32,012 bases of DNA from an uncultured Nitrospina sp. GTDB taxonomy: Bacteria > Nitrospinota > Nitrospinia > Nitrospinales > VA-1. Positions 8,034 to 16,453 of the stretch are shown piece after piece. The stretch lies in NCBI GenBank assembly GCA_964564655.1, contig CAZMBO010000005.1, positions 1 to 32,012 on the forward strand, written 5' to 3'. The notes under the pieces were generated by a model, which saw only the letters and a list, made by a program, of their open reading frames with translations, was not told the origin of the DNA and searched no databases. Made by a program: the position numbers and the translations under genes. The stretch's first letter is position 1; every line of letters begins with the position of its first letter.

Positions 8034-9587
8034 ATGTACAAAAATCTTAAATGGCGAATTCTTTCAATCCTCATTGTTATTTTTGGGGCAGTTGCTTTGG
8101 CTTATCCGCTCAAGGAAAAAATTTCTTTGGGATTGGATTTGCAGGGAGGGATGCATCTGGTTCTCGAAGTTAAAGTTGAAAAGGCTGTCGAGGCCAGCTT
8201 GGAGCGTTTTGCCGATGATATCAAGCGTGATATTGGTGAAGAGGATTTAGAACTTGATCGCATCAAAGCCATTTTTAAGAATCTACAGATCAATATCCGT
8301 ATGGTAGATGCGTTGGATCTTCCACCTGTTAAAAAGATAATGGAAGGTTATGTCTTTTTTAAAATGGTCAGCGAAGATTCGGATGGCTTAGGCTTGGTTT
8401 ATGAATTGGGTCAAGATCAAGTAAAACAGATCCAACAAAATGCAGTGAGTCAGGGACTAGAAACGATTCGCAATAGGGTAGACCAGTTTGGCGTATCGGA
8501 ACCAACCATTCAGGTTCAAGGAGAACGACGTATTCTAGTACAGTTACCTGGAGTGAAAGACCCTGAACGTGCCATCAATCTTATCGGGAAAACTGCACGA
8601 CTAGAATTTAAGTTGGTAGATGAAGAAAACAGCTTGCAAGAGGCCTTGTCTGGAAGCGCTCCAGAAGGGTCAGAGATTTTATACAAGCGACAAGAGGATA
8701 AGGAAACGGGAGAAGTTACTAAAGAACCTTATCTCTTGAAGCAGCGAACTGTTTTGACAGGAGAAACTTTGACAGGTGCACAAGTCAGGTTTGATGGAGA
8801 TTTCAACGAACCCTATGTTGCGTTAAATTTTAACAGTGTCGGTGCAATGATTTTTCATGAGGTTACTAGAGAAAACATTAGAAAACGTTTGGCCATTGTT
8901 CTTGATGACAATGTTTATTCAGCACCTGTAATACAGGATGCAATTCCAGGAGGTCGGGCCCAGATAACTGGACAGTTTACCTCGGAAGATGCACGTGACT
9001 TGGCAATCGTATTGCGTGCAGGTGCGTTGCCTGCCCCCGTTGTAATTTTGGAAAACAGGACCGTCGGTCCCTCTCTGGGGCAGGACTCTATTAACAAGGG
9101 AATTAACTCGATCATTTTTGGCGGTGCTTTGGTCGTTATTTTTATTCTTTTTTATTACAAACTCTCAGGCGCTATAGCAGTCACAGCATTGTCTTTAAAT
9201 ATTGTTATTCTTACGGGAGCACTGGCTTATTTTGGTGCGGCATTAACCTTGCCGGGAATTGCCGGAATTATCCTTACGGTGGGTATGGCGATCGATGCCA
9301 ACGTTTTAGTTTTTGAGAGAATTCGTGAGGAAATAAAACTCGGAAAAACGGTGAGAGCTGCAATTGAAGCAGGTTTTTCTAAAGCGTTTCGTACTATTGT
9401 GGATGCAAATATCACTACCTTTATTGCTGCGGTGGTATTGTTTCAGTTTGGAACAGGGCCAATTAAAGGATTCGCAATTACTCTTTGTATTGGTATAGCA
9501 GCGAGTATGTTTACGGCTGTATTTGTAAGTCGTACTTTTTTTGATTGCACAATGAGTCAGAAAAAACTTGATCAATTGAGTATCTAA
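8034..9587 (+). CDS. secD: Protein translocase subunit SecD
   Basis: LGLDLQGG, IRNRVDQFGVSEP, LRAGALPAP, VGPSLG, LTLPGIAG, GMAIDANVLVFERIREE, GPIKGFA. Confidence 0.99.
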   Translation: MYKNLKWRILSILIVIFGAVALAYPLKEKISLGLDLQGGMHLVLEVKVEKAVEASLERFADDIKRDIGEEDLELDRIKAIFKNLQINIRMVDALDLPPVKKIMEGYVFFKMVSEDSDGLGLVYELGQDQVKQIQQNAVSQGLETIRNRVDQFGVSEPTIQVQGERRILVQLPGVKDPERAINLIGKTARLEFKLVDEENSLQEALSGSAPEGSEILYKRQEDKETGEVTKEPYLLKQRTVLTGETLTGAQVRFDGDFNEPYVALNFNSVGAMIFHEVTRENIRKRLAIVLDDNVYSAPVIQDAIPGGRAQITGQFTSEDARDLAIVLRAGALPAPVVILENRTVGPSLGQDSINKGINSIIFGGALVVIFILFYYKLSGAIAVTALSLNIVILTGALAYFGAALTLPGIAGIILTVGMAIDANVLVFERIREEIKLGKTVRAAIEAGFSKAFRTIVDANITTFIAAVVLFQFGTGPIKGFAITLCIGIAASMFTAVFVSRTFFDCTMSQKKLDQLSI

Positions 9588-9589
9588 TT

Positions 9590-10492
9590 ATGCAATTATT
9601 TAAAGATGAAACACGATTTGATTTTATGGGAAAGATCAAGGCAGCAATGATCATTTCCGGGGTTGTGATTCTGATCGGTTTAGGTTCTATAGTTATTTCT
9701 GGTGGACTCAAGTACGGAATCGATTTTGCCGGAGGAACTCTAGTTCAATTACAGTTCAAAAGTCCGCCTGAAATAGAAGTGATTCGTGATGGTCTTAAAA
9801 CCATTGGGTTAGGTGAAAGCACCATACAGGAATTTGGTTCGAAAAAAGATATCCTAATAAGAGTAGAACGGTCTGAGGAAAAGTTGGAAGCTGTAGGTGC
9901 AATGGTTAAGCGGAGCCTTTCTGGAAAGTTTCACTCCGATGATATTACTGTGGAAAGAGTAGAAATGGTAGGACCTAAAGTGGGTCGCGATTTGCGCGAA
10001 AAAGCGCTGCTTTCTATTTTATATGCCATCATTGGAATCGTGATTTATATATCATGGCGGTTCGAATTTCAGTATGCAATCGCTGCGATCATTGCACTGA
10101 TACATGATGTGCTAGTTACCATGGGTGCGTTTTCGGTCTTAGATAAAGAATTTACGCTGGTGATTGTTGCGGCATTTCTAACTATCATAGGTTACTCCCT
10201 CAATGACACCATTGTTGTTTTTGATCGTATAAGGGAAAATCTACGACGTAAAGGGAAACGCTCCCTATCGGAAATAATAAATTCCAGTATCAATCAAACA
10301 TTGAGTCGAACCTTGTTAACATCGGGAACAACTTTGTTGGTAGTACTGGCTTTATTCTTTTTTGGTGGTGAAATAATTCATGATTTTTCTTTTGCTCTTC
10401 TGGTAGGGGTTTTTGTTGGAACGTATTCTTCTATTTTTATAGCAAGTGTATTTTTGGTTTATTGGGCTTCCCGGCATACTGCTCACCGCTAG
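9590..10492 (+). CDS. secF: Protein translocase subunit SecF
   Basis: GIDFAGG, VGPKVG, ALIHDV, GYSLNDTIVVFDRIREN, TLSRT, GTYSSIFIA. Confidence 0.99.
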   Translation: MQLFKDETRFDFMGKIKAAMIISGVVILIGLGSIVISGGLKYGIDFAGGTLVQLQFKSPPEIEVIRDGLKTIGLGESTIQEFGSKKDILIRVERSEEKLEAVGAMVKRSLSGKFHSDDITVERVEMVGPKVGRDLREKALLSILYAIIGIVIYISWRFEFQYAIAAIIALIHDVLVTMGAFSVLDKEFTLVIVAAFLTIIGYSLNDTIVVFDRIRENLRRKGKRSLSEIINSSINQTLSRTLLTSGTTLLVVLALFFFGGEIIHDFSFALLVGVFVGTYSSIFIASVFLVYWASRHTAHR

Positions 10493-10598
10493 TGGCCTCT
10501 AGTGCCCCACGCCTCGTTGGGAAAAGAAAAATCCATGTTCAGGCTACAAAAACCCATTGAAAAATATTACTAAGTTTGAAAAGTAAAAACGGAATGAT

Positions 10599-10628
10599 TT
10601 GCATTTCAATTGATGCCCATGCTACATT
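10599..10628 (+). promoter_or_regulatory. Possible sigma70 promoter for the zinc-ribbon gene (and rnpB)
   Basis: TTGCAT (10599-10604), 18-nt spacer, TACATT (10623-10628) with an extended -10 TG. Confidence 0.35.
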
Positions 10629-10658
10629 TTTTTAAGCCCCTATTCGAGATGGAGAATT

Positions 10659-11399
10659 ATGACCGTGTCACCTAAGTTGCAACTTCAACAATTGGTCGAT
10701 TTGCAAAAAATTGACGACCAAATTTTTGAGCATAAAAAGACTCTCGCAGATATTCCTATCCAGCTTGACTCTGCCCGCGCAGAACTAGAAGAAAAGAAAA
10801 ATATTTTAAAAGTTGTGACCGAAGAAATTGAAAACCTACAAAAGCAGCGGAAAGACTTGGAGTTAGAAGTGCAGGGAGAAAACGATCATATGGCTAAGGC
10901 AAAGACTAAACTTCCTTCGGTCAAAACGAATAAAGAGTACACTGCCATCCTTGTTGAAGTCGACGCGATCAAAGAAAAAGTGTCGAAAATTGAAGATATG
11001 GAACTTGAAATTATGGAAGCTCTAGAAGTAAAAGCTAAAGAGATTCCTGATGTTGAAAAAAAATGTAAGGAAGAGGACGCATATTTTAATGAGTATCGGC
11101 TCAAAAAAGAAACTGAAGAGAAAAGGTTTAAGCAAGAACTCGAAGAACTAGTGGGAAAAAGAAAGAACATATCGGCCCAACTGGAGACAGTAATCCTAAA
11201 ACGATATGAAAAAATTTTAAACTCCCGAGAAGGAAGAGCGGTAGTTGGCCTTCGCGAAAATATTTGTCAGGGATGTTTCCAGCAGGTTTTACCGCAGATG
11301 GTCATTGAAGTAAAAGTTGCGGAAAAAATACATCAATGCGAAGGTTGTTTACGTTTTTTATTCTGGGAGGAAGCTTCCGAAACTACAGTGCCGAAGTAA
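10659..11399 (+). CDS. Coiled-coil C4-type zinc-ribbon domain protein (DUF164; CT398/HP0958-like)
   Basis: LQKID start, long coiled coil with KTNKEY, C-terminal CQGC...CEGC.R.L. SD GGAG. Confidence 0.9.
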   Translation: MTVSPKLQLQQLVDLQKIDDQIFEHKKTLADIPIQLDSARAELEEKKNILKVVTEEIENLQKQRKDLELEVQGENDHMAKAKTKLPSVKTNKEYTAILVEVDAIKEKVSKIEDMELEIMEALEVKAKEIPDVEKKCKEEDAYFNEYRLKKETEEKRFKQELEELVGKRKNISAQLETVILKRYEKILNSREGRAVVGLRENICQGCFQQVLPQMVIEVKVAEKIHQCEGCLRFLFWEEASETTVPK

Positions 11400-11771
11400 A
11401 CCGGGTGATCGCTGTTTTGGCCTTTGGGCCAAGAGAGAGGAAAGTCCGGGCTCCACAGGGCAGGATACTCCGTAACGCGGAGTGAGGGCGACCTTAAGGA
11501 AAGTGCCACAGAAAATACACAGCCTACCCGATTTTAATGGTCGGCGGCAATGGTGAAAAGGCGAGGTAAGAGCTCACCAGTACTGCTGGTGACAGCGGTA
11601 GCTTGGTAAACCCTATCCGGAGCAAGATCAAATAGGAAAGTGCTTGAGGGCTGCCCGTCCGATACTTTCGGGTTGATTGCTTGAGCCTGCTGGCAACAGC
11701 AGGCCTAGATTGATGATCACCGCTTCATTTTATATGTGAAGAACAAAACCCGGCTTATGGTTTGCTTCGGC
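11390..11771 (+). ncRNA. rnpB: RNase P RNA, bacterial (type A-like)
   Basis: Conserved GAGGAAAGTCCGGGC, GGAAAGTGCCACAGAAA, L15 GGTAAACCC and AACAAAACCCGGCTTA. P1 helix GCCGAAGTAAACC (11390-11402) pairs with GGTTTGCTTCGGC (11759-11771). The canonical 5' GAAG is at 11393. Confidence 0.97.
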
Positions 11772-11970
11772 TCCTCCACTAACACAGTTTAAACAATAGT
11801 TTTAGGGATCATTAAAGTGGGGTTTTAGGCTAGCCTTTTCTAAGTATTTTTCGAAAATTCCCCAAAAAAACGCCAAAATGTTTTATGTTGTTTCCTTTCT
11901 TGATCCAGCAAGGATCAAAAATTTCCAAAAATATCTAAATATCAACAGTTAAGAAGCCGTTAACCCTATT

Positions 11971-12957
11971 ATGTCATTTATTATTAAATTTCTAGAAAGT
12001 CTACGCAATTTGGAGGTCGTGGCATTTTTTCTGGTTTTTTTTATGATGATGGGAGGGTGGGCTCATGCAGACGAGCTTACAGAGTCTGAGTTTTTTGAGA
12101 ATAGTTTTGAAGAAAAAAAAGATCATTTCTACTCAAATATTAATGAGTTGAAACCTGTGGATAGTCGACCTCATACATCATCTCCGAGAAAACAAGAAAA
12201 GCTGAGAGATTCACAAAACAAAATGGAGTTGGACCGTGATTACTTTAAAGGAATATTTTCAGACATAGCCTATACTGCAACTTCTCCCTTAAAATGGGAT
12301 CGTTCGGACTGGATAACGGCAGGCTGGATTGCGGGTGGGACAGGCATGTTTATAGCTCTGGATGAAGAAATAAATAGTACTTTTAAAAACAATCGAAGTA
12401 TTTATACAGAGAAATTGATGGATATATTTGAACCATTTGGGAATGGTGCTTTTACAGTTCCCGCTTTGGCTACGGTTTATTTTTTAAGCCATTTTCATGA
12501 AAATGAAAAAGCCAAACGAACTGCTTTAATTGCAACTGAAAGTTTTCTCATTACGGGTTTATATACAACGGTGCTTAAAGCTTCGTTTGGACGCCATCGG
12601 CCACGAACAGGAAGTTCCTCAACCAGTTTTGATGGGTTCAGTACAAACCGTAACTATAATTCTTTTCCATCAGGACATACTTCCACTGCGTTTGCCATCG
12701 CTACAGTTGTTGCAAATCAATATGAAAAAACTCCTTATATAAAACCCATATCATATGGAATTGCCACTCTGACAGGATTGTCCAGGATCAATTATGAAGC
12801 GCATTGGGCTTCTGATGTTTTTTTTGGTGCAGCTTTGGGTTATTTTACATCAAAAACCCTCCTTCGATTGCACAATAATAAAAAAGGTCAACACTTTACA
12901 ATCTACCCAAGGGCCGATAGCCGCGGTGGTGGCATTGTGCTATCTAAAAAATTCTAA
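11971..12957 (+). CDS. PAP2-family phosphatase (start uncertain)
   Basis: All three PAP2 motifs are intact: KASFGRHRP (KX6RP), PSGH, SRINYEAHWASD (SRX5HX3D). N-terminal signal-like segment. Confidence 0.9.
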   Translation: MSFIIKFLESLRNLEVVAFFLVFFMMMGGWAHADELTESEFFENSFEEKKDHFYSNINELKPVDSRPHTSSPRKQEKLRDSQNKMELDRDYFKGIFSDIAYTATSPLKWDRSDWITAGWIAGGTGMFIALDEEINSTFKNNRSIYTEKLMDIFEPFGNGAFTVPALATVYFLSHFHENEKAKRTALIATESFLITGLYTTVLKASFGRHRPRTGSSSTSFDGFSTNRNYNSFPSGHTSTAFAIATVVANQYEKTPYIKPISYGIATLTGLSRINYEAHWASDVFFGAALGYFTSKTLLRLHNNKKGQHFTIYPRADSRGGGIVLSKKF

Positions 12958-12964
12958 AGTTTGA

Positions 12965-14599
12965 TTACTGCTTTTCTGCCCAAAGTGAAAGTTTCTCGCG
13001 GAAGATTTTTGCATTATGCCGTACATCGACCGGGAATTTTGGGTAAAAAAGTATTTTTTTTATGGACCGTGTGATAGCGGTTCTTGCTCCACATTCCAGT
13101 AGCTCTTCTTTGAACTTATTTAGAACCACGGGCGATTTTAACCTACTGGGGTTTGTTGGCTCGATAACTATTACCGGCTCCTGTTTGGTTCGCAAGCCTA
13201 TCCCTACCAAGGCGGAACGTTTGACATCAGGATGTTGATTGAAAATAGCTTCACAGGGGATGGTATAAAGGGTTTTGACTCCGGTGATCACTCGCTGATT
13301 TTTTCTCCCATAAAACCAAAGCCTATTTTTTTCATCGAGTCTCCCCACATCACCCATTCGATGCCAGAAAAAATTACCGTCTTCAATCTTGGCAAGTTTT
13401 GTCAGATCTTCTCGATTATAGTAGGTTCGGGTTGCCCATGGAGCCTTGATGACAATTTCGCCTACTGTGTTTGGGGCAAGTTGGATGGCCTCTTCCCATT
13501 TCAAGATCGGGTGGTCTGAAATCGCTATTATTCTAATTTCAACTCTTGGTATCGCACGCCCCACACAAATTCCTTCGCCTTTATTAGAGAAATGCCAGGT
13601 TTGCTCCAAAATTTCTTGTCGATCTATTAAGGATACTGGTAAGGCTTCTGTGGCTCCATACGGAGTATGAATTTTACAATCCTCCGTTACAATGTTTTCG
13701 AATCGCTGAAGTAGTTTGCCAGAAACAGGGGCTCCGGCCATAATGATGCGTTTTAAAGTGGGAAGTTGAATGTTTTTATTTCGACAAAATTGACTAACCG
13801 TATCCCATAAAGCAGGCGAACCAAAACTGCTGGAAATTTTAAAATCATTTATTGGACCAATAATGTTTTCCGGTTTCACCTTTGCGGGTTGAGTGGCATC
13901 CATTTCAGGAATTATGCTTGTAACCCCCAATCCGCTACTGAATAAGCCAAAAAGAGGGAATGTGGGGAGGTCGATTTCATCATCCTGGATATCAAATTGC
14001 TCTTGAAGAACCCTTACCTGATGGTTGAATATGCCATGAGTATATAAAACACCTTTTGCGGGACCTGTGCTACCACTAGTGAACAGGATTGCTGCGGCAT
14101 CATCCTCTCCCATTGGGGCTATTTTAAAACCCGTTTGCCTTGAATCTTGTAACTGCCTCAGAGTGGTTCCGCCCCAGAACCATCTTTTGCCAACGGTTAC
14201 ATTATGTTCTATGGATTTAAAAGTGGCTGGTAGAAGTTTTCTAATTGCATGCGCAAGTGAAATAGCAATCATTCCCTGTGGTTGTATTTGTTTTATACAT
14301 TTCAGAACATTTATTCTCCCTAGACCAGGATCGATTAGGACCGAAACCAGACCAGCCTTGAACATGGCAAAAGCCAATATTACAAAATCTATTCCATAGG
14401 GAACCATTAATAAAACCCGATTTCCGGGTTTCATCCCAGACTGAATAAGGCCCGAAGCCAGAAGATTGCTTTCATTCTCGAGCTCTTTAAACGTTTTTTG
14501 CTTTCCACTGGATATTTCTACAATAGCAGGAGAATCAGGTTTTTCATCAGCCCACCGCCCCAGTCGACTGGCAATATTGCAAGTTTCTATATTAGTCAA
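12965..14599 (-). CDS. oleC: AMP-forming ligase of the OleC (olefin beta-lactone synthetase) type
   Basis: ANL motifs FTSGSTGPAKG, TPYGATE, WHRMGD.G. OleC-typical segments LIDPG.G, DLPTFPLF, GSPALW, IFNQHP.V.RSALVG, FPVDVRHNAKIFREKL. TTG start overlaps the hda stop. Confidence 0.8.
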   Translation of the reverse strand: MTNIETCNIASRLGRWADEKPDSPAIVEISSGKQKTFKELENESNLLASGLIQSGMKPGNRVLLMVPYGIDFVILAFAMFKAGLVSVLIDPGLGRINVLKCIKQIQPQGMIAISLAHAIRKLLPATFKSIEHNVTVGKRWFWGGTTLRQLQDSRQTGFKIAPMGEDDAAAILFTSGSTGPAKGVLYTHGIFNHQVRVLQEQFDIQDDEIDLPTFPLFGLFSSGLGVTSIIPEMDATQPAKVKPENIIGPINDFKISSSFGSPALWDTVSQFCRNKNIQLPTLKRIIMAGAPVSGKLLQRFENIVTEDCKIHTPYGATEALPVSLIDRQEILEQTWHFSNKGEGICVGRAIPRVEIRIIAISDHPILKWEEAIQLAPNTVGEIVIKAPWATRTYYNREDLTKLAKIEDGNFFWHRMGDVGRLDEKNRLWFYGRKNQRVITGVKTLYTIPCEAIFNQHPDVKRSALVGIGLRTKQEPVIVIEPTNPSRLKSPVVLNKFKEELLECGARTAITRSIKKILFYPKFPVDVRHNAKIFREKLSLWAEKQ

Positions 14600-15332
14600 G
14601 GTATTTTATAAGGGCATCTTTTACCAGAGGTAAGGTCACCTTTTTTTTCTGAGCAAAAGATTCTTTATTTATGGTCGAAATCGCATTTTGTATAGATATA
14701 AAGTCTCGAGGGATTCGTGTTAATAGATAATTAATAATATTTTTTGGCAATGTTAGACTAATATCACTGGCTAGCTTCTGTATAATTTTAGAAGTTGTCT
14801 CATCATCTATGGATTTTATTTCTGCCAGCATTCCCCATTGAAACCTAGATGTCAGATAACTTGCCGCATTCTTAATTTTTTCCGGAGACAAACTACTTGT
14901 AAAGGCAACCTTGCCTCCATTGTCAATAATGGTGTTGTAGATGTGATAAAGCTTTTCTTGAGCAGCATTAGATGAAGCCGTCTCCTCAACGTCATCTAAT
15001 AGAAAATAATCTACATCTATTAATTGCGTTTGTTGCTCCTGTAAGGATTTTCCTTCACCTATTTTTTTGGAAAAATCTTCACCTTTAATATATATGGCAC
15101 GGGCACCTCTTTCTGCTACAAGGTTCCCGATAGAAAGCAGTAAATGGGTTTTGCCCAGATTTTCTTGGCCAAATAGAAAAAGTGAATGGTAGAGCGTTTG
15201 GTTTTGGGTGCAAAAATCCTTGGCTGCTTCAAAAGCAAAACGTGAACCACGAGAAATTACAAAATTAGAAAAATTAAACTCTGGATGTGCAGGAAAATTG
15301 AGTAGTAGTTGCTTTGGGAATTGGTCGGGCAT
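14592..15332 (-). CDS. hda: DnaA regulatory inactivator Hda-like AAA+ protein
   Basis: N-terminal clamp-binding-like QLLLNF, F.NFV, Walker A GQENLGKTHLL, Walker B FLLDD, LYHIYN, Arg finger SRF.WG, R.PRD. No DnaA domain I or IV. Confidence 0.85.
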   Translation of the reverse strand: MPDQFPKQLLLNFPAHPEFNFSNFVISRGSRFAFEAAKDFCTQNQTLYHSLFLFGQENLGKTHLLLSIGNLVAERGARAIYIKGEDFSKKIGEGKSLQEQQTQLIDVDYFLLDDVEETASSNAAQEKLYHIYNTIIDNGGKVAFTSSLSPEKIKNAASYLTSRFQWGMLAEIKSIDDETTSKIIQKLASDISLTLPKNIINYLLTRIPRDFISIQNAISTINKESFAQKKKVTLPLVKDALIKYLD

Positions 15333-15360
15333 GGTTAGTTATTCGCCATAAAATACCCGG

Positions 15361-15789
15361 TTATTTAGGGCCGGCCTGAATTTCTATAATGGTTCTTCCA
15401 TAATTGGGATTAAGGATAACGGTTGCGGCCCAGCCGTCTTTCTCATAATTTAGTATGTAATTTTTATGCTTGATAGAGTTGACGAGAGTCCACCCTTTAT
15501 TCAACATTTCATTTTCGTAGAAAGTGATGACTTTTTCCAGATTTTCCCAGCCAGAAAAAACAATCTTTGCTACTTTAACTGTTCCTGAACCCGATTCATA
15601 AATAAAGGACTTGGAATCATCCCGAGAAAAACCGGAAGGAATAGGTATATCAGAAAAAGGGTAGGCGGTTTCCTGTACAGGGGGGGGTGGAGGAAGGCCA
15701 TCATCTTTAGTCCCTAATCCCAAATCCCATTCTGCACATCCATAAAAGAACAACAAAGAAAATAATGATAGCGCTGCAGATTTAACCAT
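15361..15789 (-). CDS. Hypothetical lipoprotein
   Basis: Signal with lipobox-like FYGC (Cys18), Pro-rich linker, F.DIPIP.GF and FY...M...GW motifs. Confidence 0.8.
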   Translation of the reverse strand: MVKSAALSLFSLLFFYGCAEWDLGLGTKDDGLPPPPPVQETAYPFSDIPIPSGFSRDDSKSFIYESGSGTVKVAKIVFSGWENLEKVITFYENEMLNKGWTLVNSIKHKNYILNYEKDGWAATVILNPNYGRTIIEIQAGPK

Positions 15790-15976
15790 TTTTAGCCCCT
15801 CCTAAATACACAACCAGTAATCCCATCATCATTAAAAAAAAACCAATTACTCTTAATGTAGAGTCAGGTATCTCGGGCAATTTTTGTGCAAACGATTTTA
15901 CTTTTTTGGGAAAACAAAAGTAGGGGATGCCTTCGAATACCATCATTAGACCTAATGCGGAAAGAAAAAAACTCAT
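15782..15976 (-). CDS. DUF2065 (YjeT-like) small membrane protein
   Basis: ALGLMMVFEGIPYFCFP...LRVIG...GL signature; two TM helices. Confidence 0.88.
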   Translation of the reverse strand: MSFFLSALGLMMVFEGIPYFCFPKKVKSFAQKLPEIPDSTLRVIGFFLMMMGLLVVYLGGAKNG

Positions 15977-16199
15977 GACCGGACAAGACTATGTTTTTCA
16001 CATTTAAATAAACGCAAAATATTGACCAATAAAAACCCGGGTTTTTGTAACGGACTCATGTTAACCGTGTTAACCGATAGTAGCGGTCATTTAGGAAGGT
16101 CTATACCCTGTTTGATTATCATTTATCTGCTATTTTGAGTCAATATCTAAATTTAAAAATTAAAGTAAAGGTAGTAAAGTTGCATTAGGGGTTTTAAGG

Positions 16200-16229
16200 T
16201 TGTAAATGGCAAAAAGAACATTATATAAT
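16200..16229 (+). promoter_or_regulatory. Putative sigma70 promoter upstream of the first Deg protease
   Basis: TTGTAA (16200-16205), 18-nt spacer, TATAAT (16224-16229). The AT-rich context lowers specificity. Confidence 0.4.
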
Positions 16230-16453
16230 TACTACTAATTTTTTCCCCTTCAAACGTCCGCCATTTAAGTTGGATTATTAATTAGGGTGATTATTGCCTG
16301 AATTAAAAATATTTAATCGTCATTTAACTGCAGTTTAATATCAACCGAATAGAGTTGATAATTATATTTGTGTTCTTCTAGGCCGGGTTTCTAATCACAA
16401 ATGTTTTATTGCGAAAACAAATTTTAAGCTTATACAATTTGAGGTTAATAAAA

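Noticed and set aside
11827-11840. AGGCTAGCCT-TTT as the rnpB terminator
   Set aside because: It is a loop-less 10-bp palindrome, so the hairpin would be only 3-4 bp.
16169-16184. Sigma54 promoter (GG-N10-GC; AGGTAGTAAAGTTGCA)
   Set aside because: The -24 element is a poor match to TGGCAC.
14592-16453. dnaA gene and oriC in the adjacent AT-rich spacer
   Set aside because: The protein is Hda-sized with no DNA-binding domain IV, and no TTATCCACA DnaA-box cluster was seen in the spacer.
16409-16453. TTG start for the first Deg protease
   Set aside because: ATG 16454 has a GAGG SD and yields a more normal signal peptide.
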